Source: Takakia lepidozioides (lineage: Eukaryota; Plantae; Bryophyta). From it: a stretch of 64,000 nucleotides of DNA. Below the pieces are notes generated by a model. The model was given only the letters and a program-made list of their open reading frames with translations. It searched no databases and was not told the DNA's origin. Every line of letters begins with the position of its first letter. Position 1 is the first letter of the stretch. Positions 1-12,790 of this stretch are shown piece after piece. Where the stretch lies: contig CM060733.1 in the NCBI GenBank assembly GCA_030704615.1, positions 12,276,001 through 12,340,000 on the forward strand. The letters run 5' to 3'. The position numbers and the translations under genes were made by a program.

Positions 1-3000
1 CGGCCAAGTTGAGTGACGAGGATCAGGTGGAAGTGGCTCCCACCTATTTGAGGGGCTATGCTCAACAATGGTGGTAAAAACGCCTTCACGACCGAGGTCC
101 AAGCCCGGAAACCTTGAACTGGAGTGGGTTCAAGGAATTAATGAAGAGACAGTTTGTGCCCCTCAACGCGTCCTGGATCGCCCGAGACAAGATGAGGAAT
201 TTGAAGCAAACAGATGACATTCGGGGATATGTCCAGGCTTTCAATGTGCTGTTGCTCGAAGTCGTGGATATGGCAGAACCAGAAATGGTCTTCAACTTTG
301 TGGCGGGACTGGCCCCATGGACCAGGCGGAAGTTGGAGGAAGCCACCCAAGACTTTGAACGAGGCCATTGAGAGGGCTGAATGTTTCTCGGATGTCCCTA
401 GGGGCGACAGACAAGGCCGTACGGAGCTGAACCACAAGAAGACCCGGCGGGAAGGTGACTCCTTCCGACTGGAAAAGAAGTGGGATAGGCCACGCGGCGA
501 CAATGGCACGTGGAAATCGAAGGGAGGGCCTTCACACGTCAAGGCGGCACCTGGTGCTCCGAAAGGAAAAATAGGTGCAGCGCCTTATGGCGGACAGAAG
601 GCGACATTCGATGGAGTGTGTTTCAATTGCGGGGAGCCCGGGCACATGGCCAAGAAGTGCACGAAACCCCGACAATTGAACATGACTCGGGCGACCACGG
701 AGCTGTTGGAAGATACCATCAGTTGCTTAGTGGAAGCGGTGGTCGCGAGGACTCGCAAGGTAGGCAAATTTTCTTGTGAGTTGTATCAGGAAACGGGCGC
801 CTTACGTAAAGGGAGTCAGTTACTGTTCGTGGATGGGATAATATCCGGAACTAACGTGTCATTGTTGGTGGACACATGAGCGTCGCACTCCTTCATGACA
901 CCGGCAACGGCACAAAAGCTGGGACTTCCGACAAGTGACGTGGGGGCCTCCATTGAGGTGCGTTCTGCCAAAGGAGAACCGCAATTGGCGACGAGGTTGG
1001 CATTCGATGTCCCTCTTCAACTGGGGAGTTGGGAAGGACGTGAGAACTTCACCATCTGCGAGATCGATGGAGTGGATCTCATTTTGGGGATGACCTTTTT
1101 GAGCAAATCCGGAGCGGTCATAGATGGCCGCAAGAGAGTAGTCACGCTGCCATGTGGGAATGGTGGCGAGGTCTTACGAGTGTCGGAAACGCCCAAACCC
1201 GTGGGAGGGCGAATAAACCTTCTGTCAGCAAGGGAGTGGGCCGTGGAGGAGGCACACGAGCCCCAGTTTTTGCTTTACATTAGAGAAGTGAAGGGAGAAG
1301 GCGATGGGAGCCGAGCCCAGATTGGATCAAGGGGATTTTGGAGAAATACCAGGATGTGATGCCGAAGGATTTACCAAGCGGCTTGCCACCGCGAAGAGGA
1401 GTTGACCACAAGATTGAGGTGATACCGGGATCGGAACCGCCTGCCAAGGCGCCCTACCGGTTGAGCCACAGAGAGTTGGTCGAGCTGAAGACTCAGCTCA
1501 AGGATCTAATGTCAAAGGGGTACATCCGGCCGAGTAAGTCACCTTACGGAGCCCCGGTGCTATTCGCAGACAAGAAGGATGGGACGTTGCGGATGTGTGT
1601 CGATTACAGGGCTTTGAATAAGGTGACTATCAAAAACCGGTACCCTTTGCCAAGGATCGACGACCTTTTCGACCGGTTGGCAGGAGCGAAGTATTTCAGC
1701 CGGATCGATTTGCGCTCCGGCTATCATCAAATTCGGGTGGCGGAAGGAGATGAGGAGAAGACCGCGTGCAGGACAAGGTATGGTTCATATGAGTTCTTAG
1801 TGATGTCTTTTGGGCTCACCAATGCACCCGCAACCTTTAGCACGCTAATGAACAGCCTCTTCCAGGAGTGGTTGGATGACTTTGTGATCGTGTACATCGA
1901 CGACATCTTGGTGTATTCGAAAACAAAGGAGGAGCACATGGAGCACCTCAAAAGGGTGTTCCAGAAATTGCGGGAAGGGAAGCTGTATGCCAAAGCTTCA
2001 AAGTGCGAATTCGGGGTCACAAAAGTAGAGTTCCTGGGGCATGTGATTACACAGGAAGGGATCAAAATGGATGACAGGAAGGTGAGGGCAATCTTGGACT
2101 GGGAGCCTCCGACTTCGGTCCCGGGAGTGCGATCCTTTCTAGGACTCGCCTCCTATTACTGGAAGTATGTGAGAAATTTCGCCAAGATCGCGGGGCCGCT
2201 GTCAGACCTTCTGTGTAAATCCAAAGTCTGGGCATGGAACACCTTTTGTGGCCAAGCTTTTGCTGAATTGAAGCAGCGGATGGCGGAAGCTCCAGTCCTG
2301 AAAATCCCAGAGTTCGATCGTCTGTTCGAGATTCATACAGATGCGTCGGACTTCGCAATTGGGGGTGTACTGATGCAAGATGGACGTCCAGTGGCTTACG
2401 AAAGTAAGAAACTGAATGAAGTGGAGCGACGACGCACGAGAAAGAGATGAAGGCGGTGGTGCACTGTCTTGAGCTTTGACGCCACTATGTTGGTTCTAAC
2501 CCAGTGAAGATGTTCACGGACAATGTCACGGTGAAGTATTTTGCCACGCAACCCAAGTTGTCCCCAAAACAACTTAGGTGGCAAGATACTTTGGCGGTGT
2601 TCGACGTGGATATTCAGTACAAACCGGGACGGGACAATGTGGTGGCCGATGCTTTAAGTAGGAAGCAGCAGCTCATGTTGGTGTACCAGGGCCAGACGGC
2701 GCTCCAAAGGAAGATCAGAAAGGCTTGCCGAAAGGATGAGCTGGCGAAGTCCGTGATGCAGGACTTGAGGATGGGGGTTAAATCGCAGTTCCACTTGCAA
2801 AATGGACTGCTCCGGTATAAGCAAAAGCGTCTCTACGTGCCGAAGGGAGGGATCAGGGATAGTCTCTTGAGAGAATGCCATGATAGCCCGCTTGCGGGCC
2901 ACGGCGGAGCCAAGCGCACTGCGGCACTCTTGAAGAAAGAGTATTTCTGGCCCAAACTGAGGGAGGAGGCAGAGGAGTATGTCAAGACATGCACCACATG

Positions 3001-4152
3001 CCAACAAAACCGGAGCGAGTACAAAAAGCAAGCGGGGCTGTTACAACCCTTGCCGATTCCAGAGGGGACTTGGGAAAGCGTCTCGATGGATTTCATGACT
3101 GCTATGCCGCTGTCAAAAGGATTCGATGCAATCATGGTGGTGGTGGATAGGTTCAGTAAAATGGGCCATTTCATCCCCACCAAGGAGACGGCAACGGTGC
3201 AGGAGACAGGGCGACTTTACTTCGCCCACGTCTTAAAGCATCATGGAGTCCCGAAGGATATTGTCTCGGACCGCGATCCAAAGTTTACGAGTAAATTTTG
3301 GAGGACACTTTGGAAGAAGATGGGGACGAGGCTGAAGATGAGCACCGCCTTCCGACCTACGACGGACGGCAAAACGGAAAGAGTGAATTCCGTAGTGAAG
3401 CAATTCTTGCGGAATTACGTGTCGGCAGACCAATCAGACTGGATGGAACACTTAGACGCGGCAGAGTTCTGTTATAATAACACAAAACAGTCCGCAACGG
3501 GAGTTTCCCCTTTCGTATTAGTCTATGGAAAAGCACCTCTGGTGCCGACAAGTTGGGCCGCCCAGGACGTTGAGGAACCGGCAGTAGCGGCGGTAATGGA
3601 AGAACGCGAGCGTTTGTTGAAGCTCGCAAAGTACAACATTGCCAAAGCTAGGAAACGGTATGAAAGGCAGGCGAATCGGAAGCAGAGGGAAGTGAAGTTT
3701 GAGGCAGGCACGGAGGTCTGGTTGAACATCAAGAATTTCCGACTACCTCCGGAAGTGAGTCCAAAGTTCGTACCTCCGTTTGCGGGTCCTTTTCGCATCC
3801 GGAAGGTTATGAATGAAGATGTGTATGAATTGGAGCTGCCGGCAAATAGCAAGGTGCATCCAGTATTCCACGTCTCCCTTTTGAAGCCTTACTTCAAAGA
3901 TGAAGCGCGTCCGAATCGGCATCAAGTGTTGCGTCCGCCACTTGTGCTGTTGGATCATGAAAATGAACCTAAGTACGAGGTGGAGGCAGTACTTAAGTCG
4001 AGGAGGTTCAAGAACCAAGAAACGGAGTATCTCGTCAAATGGAAGGGCTATCATCATGTGGAGGCATCTTGGTGCGTGCCTCAGAAATGGGAAACGCATC
4101 CGAGGCGGTTGCAGTTTTCGAAGGGCGACCTCAAAAGCGGAAGAAGCGTTGA
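1..4152 (+). pseudogene. Disrupted gag-pol polyprotein of the chromovirus
   Basis: In-frame stops at 75-77 (TAA) and 877-879 (TGA replacing Gly of the DTG protease motif). Frameshifts near 345, 1330, 2440-2500 and ~4073. Correcting the last restores the chromodomain end ...WVRASEMGNASEAVAVFEGRPQKRKKR* with TGA at 4150-4152. Confidence 0.9.
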
Positions 4153-4186
4153 TGGGGACATCAACCTTGGAGCGTGGGGGAGGAAA

Positions 4187-5801
4187 TGCATACTTAGCCC
4201 GGCTTAGCTAGCGCATGAATCCGATTGCAAAAACTTGTATTGTACAAATATTTGTTATAAAGGAAATGGATTCCAAACGTTGTGCGTCCTATTTTGTTTG
4301 GAATGGTGATGCATGGTGTGGTTGGCTAGTGTGTAGAATGTATGCTAGCTTACAAAAGTGGGAGAGGTAAATTGGGTTAATCGTGTGTTTGCGCAGTGCC
4401 GAAATCGGGTGACTCCCATCCAAGGGGCAAGGAAACTTGCGCTTCTTTGGGAGTTCACGTGCTAGTGCGCACCTGGGCGTGCTAGTGCGCACCTGGCGCA
4501 TGCGCGTACTATAACTGCGCTACCGAGGGGGTTGCCTTGTAGTGCGGGCTAACGCGGAAGCTACGTGCTTCCGTTCACGTACTATAATCGTGTAGCCTCG
4601 GGACGAAGTCGTAGTGCGGCTTCGGCGTGTTCCCGTACCTCAGGCCAGCATTCCAAGGCGGACCCAATTGTAGTGATTGGGGCACACGGTTGGTTCAAGG
4701 TTATCTTCCTAGTCAAAGGGGGTTCGAGGTGAACCCTTGCCCAAGGTGATGCCAAAAGCGACATCATGAGCGGTCGCAAGCAATGTTATTGAGTAAGGCG
4801 ATTCGATCCTCGGGGAGGATCGTTCATTGGCCTTGAAGTAAGCCAAGAAGAGTGCACTGGGAGGAGCTTGAGAGGCTCCACCCTTGGCCGGGACTTGGAG
4901 GAAGTCGGCCGAACTAGCTAGTGGAGAGTAGAGTCAAGTGTGGGGTTTGGTTCTTTGCCATGGGACGCCATGGTGCGGAAACAAACTCCTTGATGTGGGA
5001 CGCCACAACTTGGATGTTCGTTTCTACAAAATGGACAAGTCGATGAGGACATCGACTCCCTGTTGGTAGGGGTGTGTGTCGCGGCCCTTTGCCTTGAGGG
5101 CAGGGGGTCGGGACACAGGAGGGGCTGCCCCTGTGGTGGGGGCAGTAGCAGCGATAGGTACGGGGGCTGAAGCACCCTTGAGTGCCCAAGGCACTCAAGG
5201 AGGCGGAGGCGCTCACTAGGTGGAGCCCCGCACACCGGGTTGTGGTGGGGGTGGCTCCACAAGGGGTGGTGGTAGCTTAGCGGGACTTAGTGGGGGTGGC
5301 ATAGGACTCACCATGGGGTGGAGACCTCGAGGTGGGAGTCGTGGGGAGTCTTGGGACTCATCACGGTCCATTGGAGCCGCAGTGAGTGGGCCAAGACTCA
5401 CCGCGACACACCACCGGGAATCGAGGGTCTTCGTGGTGGTTCACCATAAAATGGCATGGCTGTTTGTGGAACCCCCGCGGACAGCTACAGAAGTATATAT
5501 AGGGAGTAGTAACCCCGAGAACGGTGCAAGCCCGTTGGTGACCAAAAACTAGTGAATAAGCGAGCGAGCCGGAAAGCGACCAAAGAGCGGGGAGCTGTTC
5601 CGGACTGCCAACTACCAAAGGGAATTCCCGCTGGTTCCAAATCGGTGGAGGGTTCTTCGGGAGAACAAAGGGGGACCGTTATGCCCCGGTGAGCAGCCGA
5701 AGCTCTAAGTTGGCCCGGCGGCCAGGTTGGGAGTTAGGCGCGCGCATCAAAGCGAGTAACTATGACTTGAGGGGGAGCTTACCGAAGTGAGGTGCGCGAC
5801 A
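4187..5801 (+). repeat. Putative 3' LTR (~1.6 kb) of the chromovirus
   Basis: Starts TG immediately after purine tract GGGGGAGGAAA (4176-4186) and ends ...GCGCGACA at 5801, where GC content drops. TATA-like GTATATATAG at ~5492; short internal tandem (GCTAGTGCGCACCTGG x2, 4461-4496). The 5' LTR is not in the window, so the boundaries are unverified. Confidence 0.65.
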
Positions 5802-6299
5802 GGGGATGCTCCCCACTTATGTTCATGTATGAGCTGCCAGTTGGGGCAGGCTGTTGGGTTCAAATCCACTCATGCATGATATGTAGCTCTTGAATCTTGC
5901 TCCTCCTATGTGTGGTTTAGTGTTTGCAAGTGATTGCTGCCTGATTCTGGTTCAAAAGGAATTTGCTTTTGAGGTTCATGTAAACTGTCAAAACAGACCC
6001 CTCCTGCTTTGAGCAAGTGCCCCAACCTCCATACAGTGTCAAATCAGGTGGCTTTTGGCTATTTGGATGCTAGATCCCATGGGGATGAAATGGTTGACAT
6101 TGCATTTGGAGTTCATCCCGTCACGCAAAAAGTGAAAATTCTACACTGAAAATACTATTTTCTTCAAATTCTCCAAAAATTATCCCCAACAATATGCAAC
6201 GGTGGTATTTCGTGGATTTCCACCTGATTGGCCCAACCATATATATGTGCAGCCGGTAGTTGAGCAAATAATGTCTGGTCAGAATTTGCGAAAAAAAAA

Positions 6300-6594
6300 A
6301 CTTCCAGGGAGATATGCTGGAATTTTGCCAAGTGGGTATGGTTTCTGGCACAACCCAAATAGAAGCACTTGTCCTTTAAGGGTTAAGCTCGTCAAAAAAA
6401 AAAAATCCAGAGAGATATGCTAGACTTTCGCTACCTGGGTATGGTTTTTGGCACAACCCAAAAAGAGGCACTTGTCCATTAAGGGTTAAGCTCGTAAAAA
6501 AAAACATTTCTAGGAGATATGCTGGAATTTCGCCACCTGGGTATGGTTTTTGGCACAACCCAAAAAAGGCACTTGTCCTTTAAGGGTTAAGCTC
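6300..6594. repeat. Tandem repeat, three copies of a ~103-bp unit
   Basis: GAGATATGCT..TGGGTATGGTTT.TGGCACAACCCAAA..GCACTTGTCC.TTAAGGGTTAAGCTC recurs starting at 6309, 6412 and 6514; followed by (ATC)n at ~6595-6613. Confidence 0.95.
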
Positions 6595-6613
6595 ATCATC
6601 ATCATCATCATCA

Positions 6614-7250
6614 TAGAAGGATTAACTGCGACTGGACTAGGATTGACAGCAAATGGTAGGGCAATAGGAGGGGTGACAGGTGTTTGAACTTCAGGAATGC
6701 TAGGTGGTTGAACAATATTAATAACTGGTTGGCTGGACAACATTAATTCATGTTTGAACTTGATGAGAATCTGAATTCTGTGGCCAAAATATAAATCATT
6801 CACTCTCTCTTCAGTGTCTTCAATTTGATATGGTTTGACTCCCTCATTAAAGACTACGTTACTCACTTTTGCAGTTTTAGTTGGCTCATGGTAAAGTCTA
6901 TAAGCTTTGGAATTCTCATCATATCCGGTTAGAATGCATTTAAGACTTTTATCGTCTATGTTCCCTTTGGGTGTCATTCCATTCACTGCATTTGTAGGCA
7001 AATTTTTTTGAATATATGTAGCCGTGGGAACAGCTTCCGCCCAAAAAATCTTTGAAACCCCAACATATTCATACAACGTGCGCTTTCTATAAGAGTGCAG
7101 TTTTGCCTTTCCGCAACTCCATTTTGTTGTGGTGTATAACTGGCAGTTATTTGTCGTGAAATACCATTATCTCTACAAAGGTTCTAAATTATCCAAAAGT
7201 TTCACTCTTTAATTTGAGAATGTAGATTTTTGTCCATCTCAACGCATCAT
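6614..7250 (-). mobile_element. Ty1/copia integrase relic
   Basis: Minus-strand SYTPQQNGVAERQNCTLIE (~7085-7145), FWAEAVPTATYIQ and KSLKCILTGYDENSKAYRLY; frameshifted and deleted. Confidence 0.9.
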
Positions 7251-7639
7251 CTATAAATTTTTAAAAATAAATGTACCCACGATGTGAGGGGACTGACATA
7301 GGACCATAGATATCGCTATGAATTAATTCTAAGACTTGTTTAGCTCTATATCCTCCTTGTTACGGAAATTTATTTCTAGTTTGTTTTCCATATTATAAGT
7401 AACTCGAACATAGATCAATATGAGGATTGTCTGTTAAATTTATTCCATTTTAAATTTTCAAGCACTCCTTCTGCGACTATCATGAAATATCCCATTGCAT
7501 GATTATGTGGATGAAAACGTGCATGATTACGTCACTGCTTCATGTACCTGCTGAAAATGGACCAATACATAAATACCACCTCATCAACGTAGTGACTCCA
7601 GTCAACGTTCATTGGACGTTAAAGAAACTTTGTACTTTA

Positions 7640-8050
7640 TTCTGCGAGGCTCGTACTCATTCTCTTCTTCTCTTCTGTTCCATCGCGAGTGTGCCTGACG
7701 TATTGCTCTATTCTTTTTTATTATGGTTGGGTTGGAGATCGACATGAGGCAAATTCATAAAACAAGAGGCCAAGCGATGGCCGTTGCTCATGCTGGAATT
7801 TCGTTGCCATTCGGGGCCGAGCTGGTGTCTCATATGTACTCCACCAAACTAGTATCCCAACTGACAAATTTGGTCCCTTTTTGGTGTTCATGGGGGTTGC
7901 CATGTCCATCGATGCGTTCCCGGTGCTGGTAGGTACTATTCTGGCAGAGCGCAAGCTCTTGACCACGAAGGTGGGGCAGATGGTTATGTCAGCAGCAGCA
8001 GTGAATGACGTTGTGGCGTGGGTTTGGCTTGTGCGTGCCATTGCAGTGTG
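7640..8050 (+). pseudogene. Fragment of a CHX-type cation/H+ exchanger (CPA2 family)
   Basis: VGLEIDMRQIHKTRGQAMAVAHAGISLPFG and VFMGVAMSIDAFPVLVGTILAERKLLTTKVGQMVMSAAAVNDVVAW match hallmark CHX transmembrane motifs. Split across frames; no start or C-terminal part. Confidence 0.88.
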
Positions 8051-8159
8051 GATGTGTGTGAAGCAATTTTAATCTCTTTATGTCTACATGCCCCAAGCGT
8101 AAGTGCCATAACTCAGATTCATTGACTATGGTATGTTGTATAGCATTTGCTTCAAAGTT

Positions 8160-9025
8160 ATCTAGGATATTTTGACATATTGATTTACCAATGTATAGAG
8201 TTTACCATCTCTAGGATAGATAGCAACTATTTTATTATGCTTTTTATCTAGGACCATATATGAATTATTGGGGGAAAAATAAACATATGAGGCTTGACTA
8301 ACTGAAATTAAAATTTTCTTCAACCAAGATACAAATAGCACATTATCAAAATTTGATTTTTCATCTCCTGTGGATAACATAATCTTAATTGTACCCTAAC
8401 CATGAATGGGGTGGCTAGAATTGTCGCCTAAATATACTTGTTGTGTAGGATCTAGTCTTTGAAAGTGATAAAACATGATCGGTTGGCTGTCATGTGTTGT
8501 GAATCACCTAAATCAATATACCTGCATGAATCTTCGGTAATTTCAGCAGATAATGAAGTTACAAATAATTTGGTTTCTTGGGAAACAGAACTATTGGTAT
8601 GATCATATGACCACTTCTCCTTTCATCTGACATTTTCTTCCTACAATTTTGTATGTGGTGACCCATCAATTTGCAATAAAAGCATCTAATTACTGGTTTT
8701 CTTGGACCTTTATTAAGGCTAGGACCAGGCCGATTGAATATGGGCTTCTTATTGAATTTAAATGGTGATCTATTAAATTTTCTTTCTTCATACAAAGCTC
8801 AAGTGGATGAATCATGATCTTCACCACGTCTCCTAATTTCCTCCTTGGAGCAATTTAATTGTATCATTTAGTGTACCAATATTGCCCGTTTGGGCCATGA
8901 CAATGTCCGCATATGATTTAGGCATGGATCCGAATAAATTGGCTGTTGCATCATTCACTGACAGCAGTACCAACCATGGCTAGTTCATCCATAATGTTAC
9001 AAAATTTATTAACATGGGTTTTAAC
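8160..9025 (-). mobile_element. Ty1/copia gag-protease relic
   Basis: Zinc knuckle CFYCKLMGHHIQNC (~8640-8685), protease motif YIDLGDSQHMT (~8490-8525, from WxxDSGAS.HM), gag-like KTHVNKFCNIMDELAMVG (~8970-9022). Same strand as, and in Copia order with, the integrase relic at 6614-7250. Confidence 0.85.
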
Positions 9026-12000
9026 CAATGTTGGGCAAATATAGACTGATCCGGATATCAATAACTTGATATCAATCCGGATACCAATGGATCCGGAGGG
9101 TTTTTGATATCCGGTTTAGTTTATATTTGGCGGATATGTGAAATAAGAGATCCGGATTGGATCCTATCTGCTGGATATATTAAGAGTTAATATCGGGAAT
9201 ACATCCGGATACATGGGCTAGTTAGGGGATCTCAAGCGGATACAATAAGGGTTTTAAATAGAATTTAACCTTATAAAAACACGAAAATGTTGTCGTCTCC
9301 TCTCTCCTCCCGTCCCTTGTTCCTTCTTTCACGCGCATCATCCTTCACATTTGCCCTGCTCCGCCTTGCTCCATCTGCGGCATGCCCCATCTGCACTCCA
9401 TCGACCTTCTTGCCAGCAAGTCTTGCAGCAAGGGCGCTCCCGCCACACCAGGTCTGCCCTTGCTTTTTCTCTTTGTTTATTTTTATCATTTTTTTTCCCA
9501 TTAGCATTCTCTCTCCCTCTTGCATCATTGTCTTTCTCTCTCTTTGTCTCATTCTCTCAACCTCATGTGTTTCCCTCTCAATCCTTGTTTTTTTTTTTCT
9601 CTTCTGTTCTTGTTTTTTTTTAGGTTTTTTATATGGTCATTAGGTGGGTTGGTTAGATTGTAGCATGGGTGGAAGTTACTGTGAATCCCAAAATGAAACG
9701 GAAGAGTTCTAAAACAAGAAAAAGGTCGGTTATGTACAACAACACCTATGGTACAACTATAATGAAGAAACGTCATATAGACACTGAACATGTTGCTATT
9801 GCCAAAATATATCAAAAAGGAAGTTGTGGCCAAACAGTCCGACCTTAGCAGCCTTTAGCGACAACCTTGTAAGAAGAGACAAGACCCCACCCCCACAACC
9901 ATCACAAACTTCTTTGGATCAGCCAATTCTTAATCATTCTTGGCTCGTCTTTCCGGATTTCTTGGGCCACGTGATTCACTTCTATAAAACAACTTGAGCA
10001 GATTTTATAGACAGAACTCTCATTCCTCGGCAATATACCTTGTCATCTGCTGTGACATGTTGGCATGTCTTAGATATGACCCTTCAAAAGGTTGGGCTAT
10101 TTGTAATGCCTCACAATTCACCATACTCATCAATGCTTGGGTCATGGTAAAAATATTGTTACCTTCATCCTTCACATAGCACAAAATACGTCTCCTCAAA
10201 TCATACTTATCAAGAAGCTTTTGCAACTGGATAACCATTGCAGCCCCCCACTGTATTATGAGCCTCAAACAACCCCAATGGTCACATAAAAAGGAACCCA
10301 ATTTGAGTTCAAAAGGTTGATCATAAGCGCGAAGATGTCATATGCTTCCTTTGACATCCATAAATCATGGTTGTTGTTGTAATACATGACTCCAAGCTTG
10401 ACAAAACATATCTTCTCATAGTCTTCCCTATCATTGCTGGTAAAATTTCACAAATAGCTGTCTGCGAGTATGAAACACTCACTCGTGGATCTAATCGCAT
10501 CACAAGCCTACGAAGCCAATGATTCTCCATTGAACTAAGAGGCCGATAGCCTTTGGCGATGTATAACAACAAATCCTCTGTGAATTGAAAATGTTGTTCA
10601 TCATTCTTTTTGTGCTTGCATTGACTCGGGTGAACGACCACGGAAGTTGAACACTCCTTTGAAAACAAGATTTGCAAGCAATGTGATGATGTTTGAGGGC
10701 TGCTTGCGATTTAGTCAGCCCATTGCATTGCGTTACAATAGACAATCTTTGGCATTGCAAGATCAGATTCATTTTCCACAAACATAGGCAGTAACATCCG
10801 CAATTGCTACAACATTGTCCGATGTGGTCAAGAATTGTGTTTTGAATCAAACGCGTGGGTATTGGTTATTAAGTGATGCATTACATGCGAGTTTGATCGT
10901 CAGCTTGTGGTTGCAACGAAAACGACATTGACATTACTATTGATTTTGATTTGGAGCTGCGCCTCTTGAATTCTAACATGAGACAAGAGGTTGTTGTGTA
11001 TAGGCCCCGTATTTTGATTTCGCGATTGTGAAAAGAGGCATAACATGTTGGCATTGTTGTTGGATCCTCGATTCAAGGGTCTTTCAATTATGACAGATTT
11101 CATTGGGAGACAAACAACATTGAAGATTGTGGAGGAGTATGATTTCAAAACTTTGGTAGAAGAGGTATGAGTCCAAGTTTCCACGGTTGGTTTCTTAGCT
11201 CGTCAAATTCTTAGCATAGTTGGTAGCCAAATCGAGACGAAGAGGTTGTTTTTCATTGTTGGGGTGCTCACTTCATTGAGACGATGTCGCCTTGATATTG
11301 ATAATTTGGACAAGTTGTTGCTTGTTGTGAAAGAACTAGCCTAATGATACAAGAGAGGGTTGCAAAACTTATGATGATTTTTGGGAATCCGAGATACAAT
11401 TGATTGAGGAATTGAAAGATCAATTTGAGACATTTAAGATGATGATTCTATTCAGCTTTAATTTTCTTACATTTCCATAAGTAAAATACTAGTCACAATG
11501 TTTCATAGATAGCCAAAATGACGGTGGTATCAATTTCTTCTTGTCTTACTTGATTTATGCTATCATTGACATTGTTGGTTACTTTGTGGAGGTAGCATGA
11601 GTTCTTTCAAGCTTAAGCTTAAGTTTTAGCTCCTTCATTTTCAGCTCTAGTATTACGTTTTCAGAGGCTAAGTCATAATGAACATATGGTAGAATTCAAG
11701 ATGTTTGTTCAATGTATGACAAATGACATTTTCCATGGTTCATTTCCATGGTTGTTTTTAAATATGATATACACGGCTTTCCCCCCTTTCTAAAAAGAAA
11801 CAAAATCTACATTGATTTAAACCATTGGTCTGAATTAACTTGCTATATAATTCTATTAGATTTAAAATATTTAAAATTTAAAATTAATAATATTCTAGTA
11901 CCTGTTTCCGGATTCCAATATATCCGGACCACTCTATAACCAGCAGATATTATAATCTGAATATCGGACTTATTTATATCCGGCAGATTTTTGAAAAATT

Positions 12001-12072
12001 ATTATTATGCATAACCGACGGATATTATAAATTCAGATAATTAGAAAAAGCTATAAAGAACCGCCAACACTA
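9026..12072. mobile_element. Decayed hAT-superfamily DNA transposon
   Basis: Ends CAATGTTGG (9026) and CCAACACTA (~12072). Clustered subterminal ATCCGG/CCGGAT motifs at 9050-9240 and 11905-12020. Transposase relics FTEDLLLYIAKGYRPLSSMENHWLRRL and YVKDEGNN on the minus strand; LDPRFK plus a dimerisation-domain-like FPTVGFLARQILSIVGSQIET..RRCRLDIDNLDKL on the plus strand. Confidence 0.8.
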
Positions 12073-12604
12073 ATATCGACAGCAATCTCGTCCATCGCTA
12101 TACCAATCGGGTATGGTATATATCACAATATGGAGCGAGGTATGTATTGCTCATAATATGGTATTGCCCGGGGTATTGGCCGCCCTACCTACCAGCTGTG
12201 TATGGTCTTACCTACCCGGTTGATCTCAAAGTGATACCTGGGTTGGACCTATATACCAGTCAAACACTGGTTTAAACTCATGTCCTACACACTTGTCCAA
12301 GAGTGATTATAATGGGTAGTAAATGGCAAGGCACTAGCCACTAGGCTACATGTTTCTATTTTTATTCGAATGAAAAATACAACAACATTCATAATACGGA
12401 GACATGATATAATAGCTTTGGCAATTGTCCATCGAAAAACAATGAAATATGGGATATATATGTATGTAAGACCATGGCCACCTTTTTTTGTGAAACTTGA
12501 ACATAGTTATCGGAAGTCGTTGCTAGTAGTGGCGGAGCATCGTGAAGCCCTAGTTCATTTTTAGGTATAAATGATGTTAAATTCCATGCTTTATCATATA
12601 TCAG

Positions 12605-12790
12605 TAGGCAGCCCAATGGTACAAGCCATCGGAGCTGAAAGCGGGAGGTTGCAGGGTTGAGTTCTAACCGTTAAGTATATGAATTTCGGGTTTGCTACTT
12701 CAAAACTTTTCTAAGTCCATGAGAAGTTTAGTGGATGCCCCTTTTTCATGTATGGAAATACATGAGAAATACATGGTCATCCATGTGGGG
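12605..12790 (+). repeat. Dispersed repeat with tRNA-like head; inverted partner at 15960-16180
   Basis: TGGTACAAGCCATCGGAGCTGAAAGCGGGAGGTTGCAGGGTTGAGTTCTAACC..TTTGCTACTTCAAAA aligns with the reverse complement of ~16060-16160. Confidence 0.7.

Larger units (their letters stand above)
1..5801 (+). mobile_element. Ty3/gypsy LTR retrotransposon (chromovirus, Tcn1/Phygy-like), decayed; 5' part outside the window
   Basis: Domain order gag (zinc knuckle CFNCGEPGHMAKKC) - protease (LLVDT*ASH) - RT (YIDD) - RNase H ([12 protein letters not shown]) - integrase (H..H..CTTC, SMDF, VVVDRFSK, SDRDPKF, GPF motif) - chromodomain (YEVEAVL..YLVKWKGY). Followed by a polypurine tract and a TG..CA-bounded GC-rich segment. 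Confidence 0.95.

Noticed and set aside
330-360. Programmed ribosomal frameshift in the retroelement
   Set aside because: The shift lies within gag and coexists with several other lesions; decay or assembly indels are more parsimonious.
4200-5620. Extra ORFs after pol (e.g. 5220-5552, 4914-5262)
   Set aside because: Short Gly/Pro-rich translations of GC-rich LTR DNA with no recognisable domains.
6300-6594. CRISPR-like array
   Set aside because: Units are contiguous near-identical repeats without unique spacers, there are no cas genes, and the context is eukaryotic.
9271-9643. Hydrophobic or basic ORFs
   Set aside because: Artefacts of a CT/T-rich low-complexity tract inside the hAT relic.
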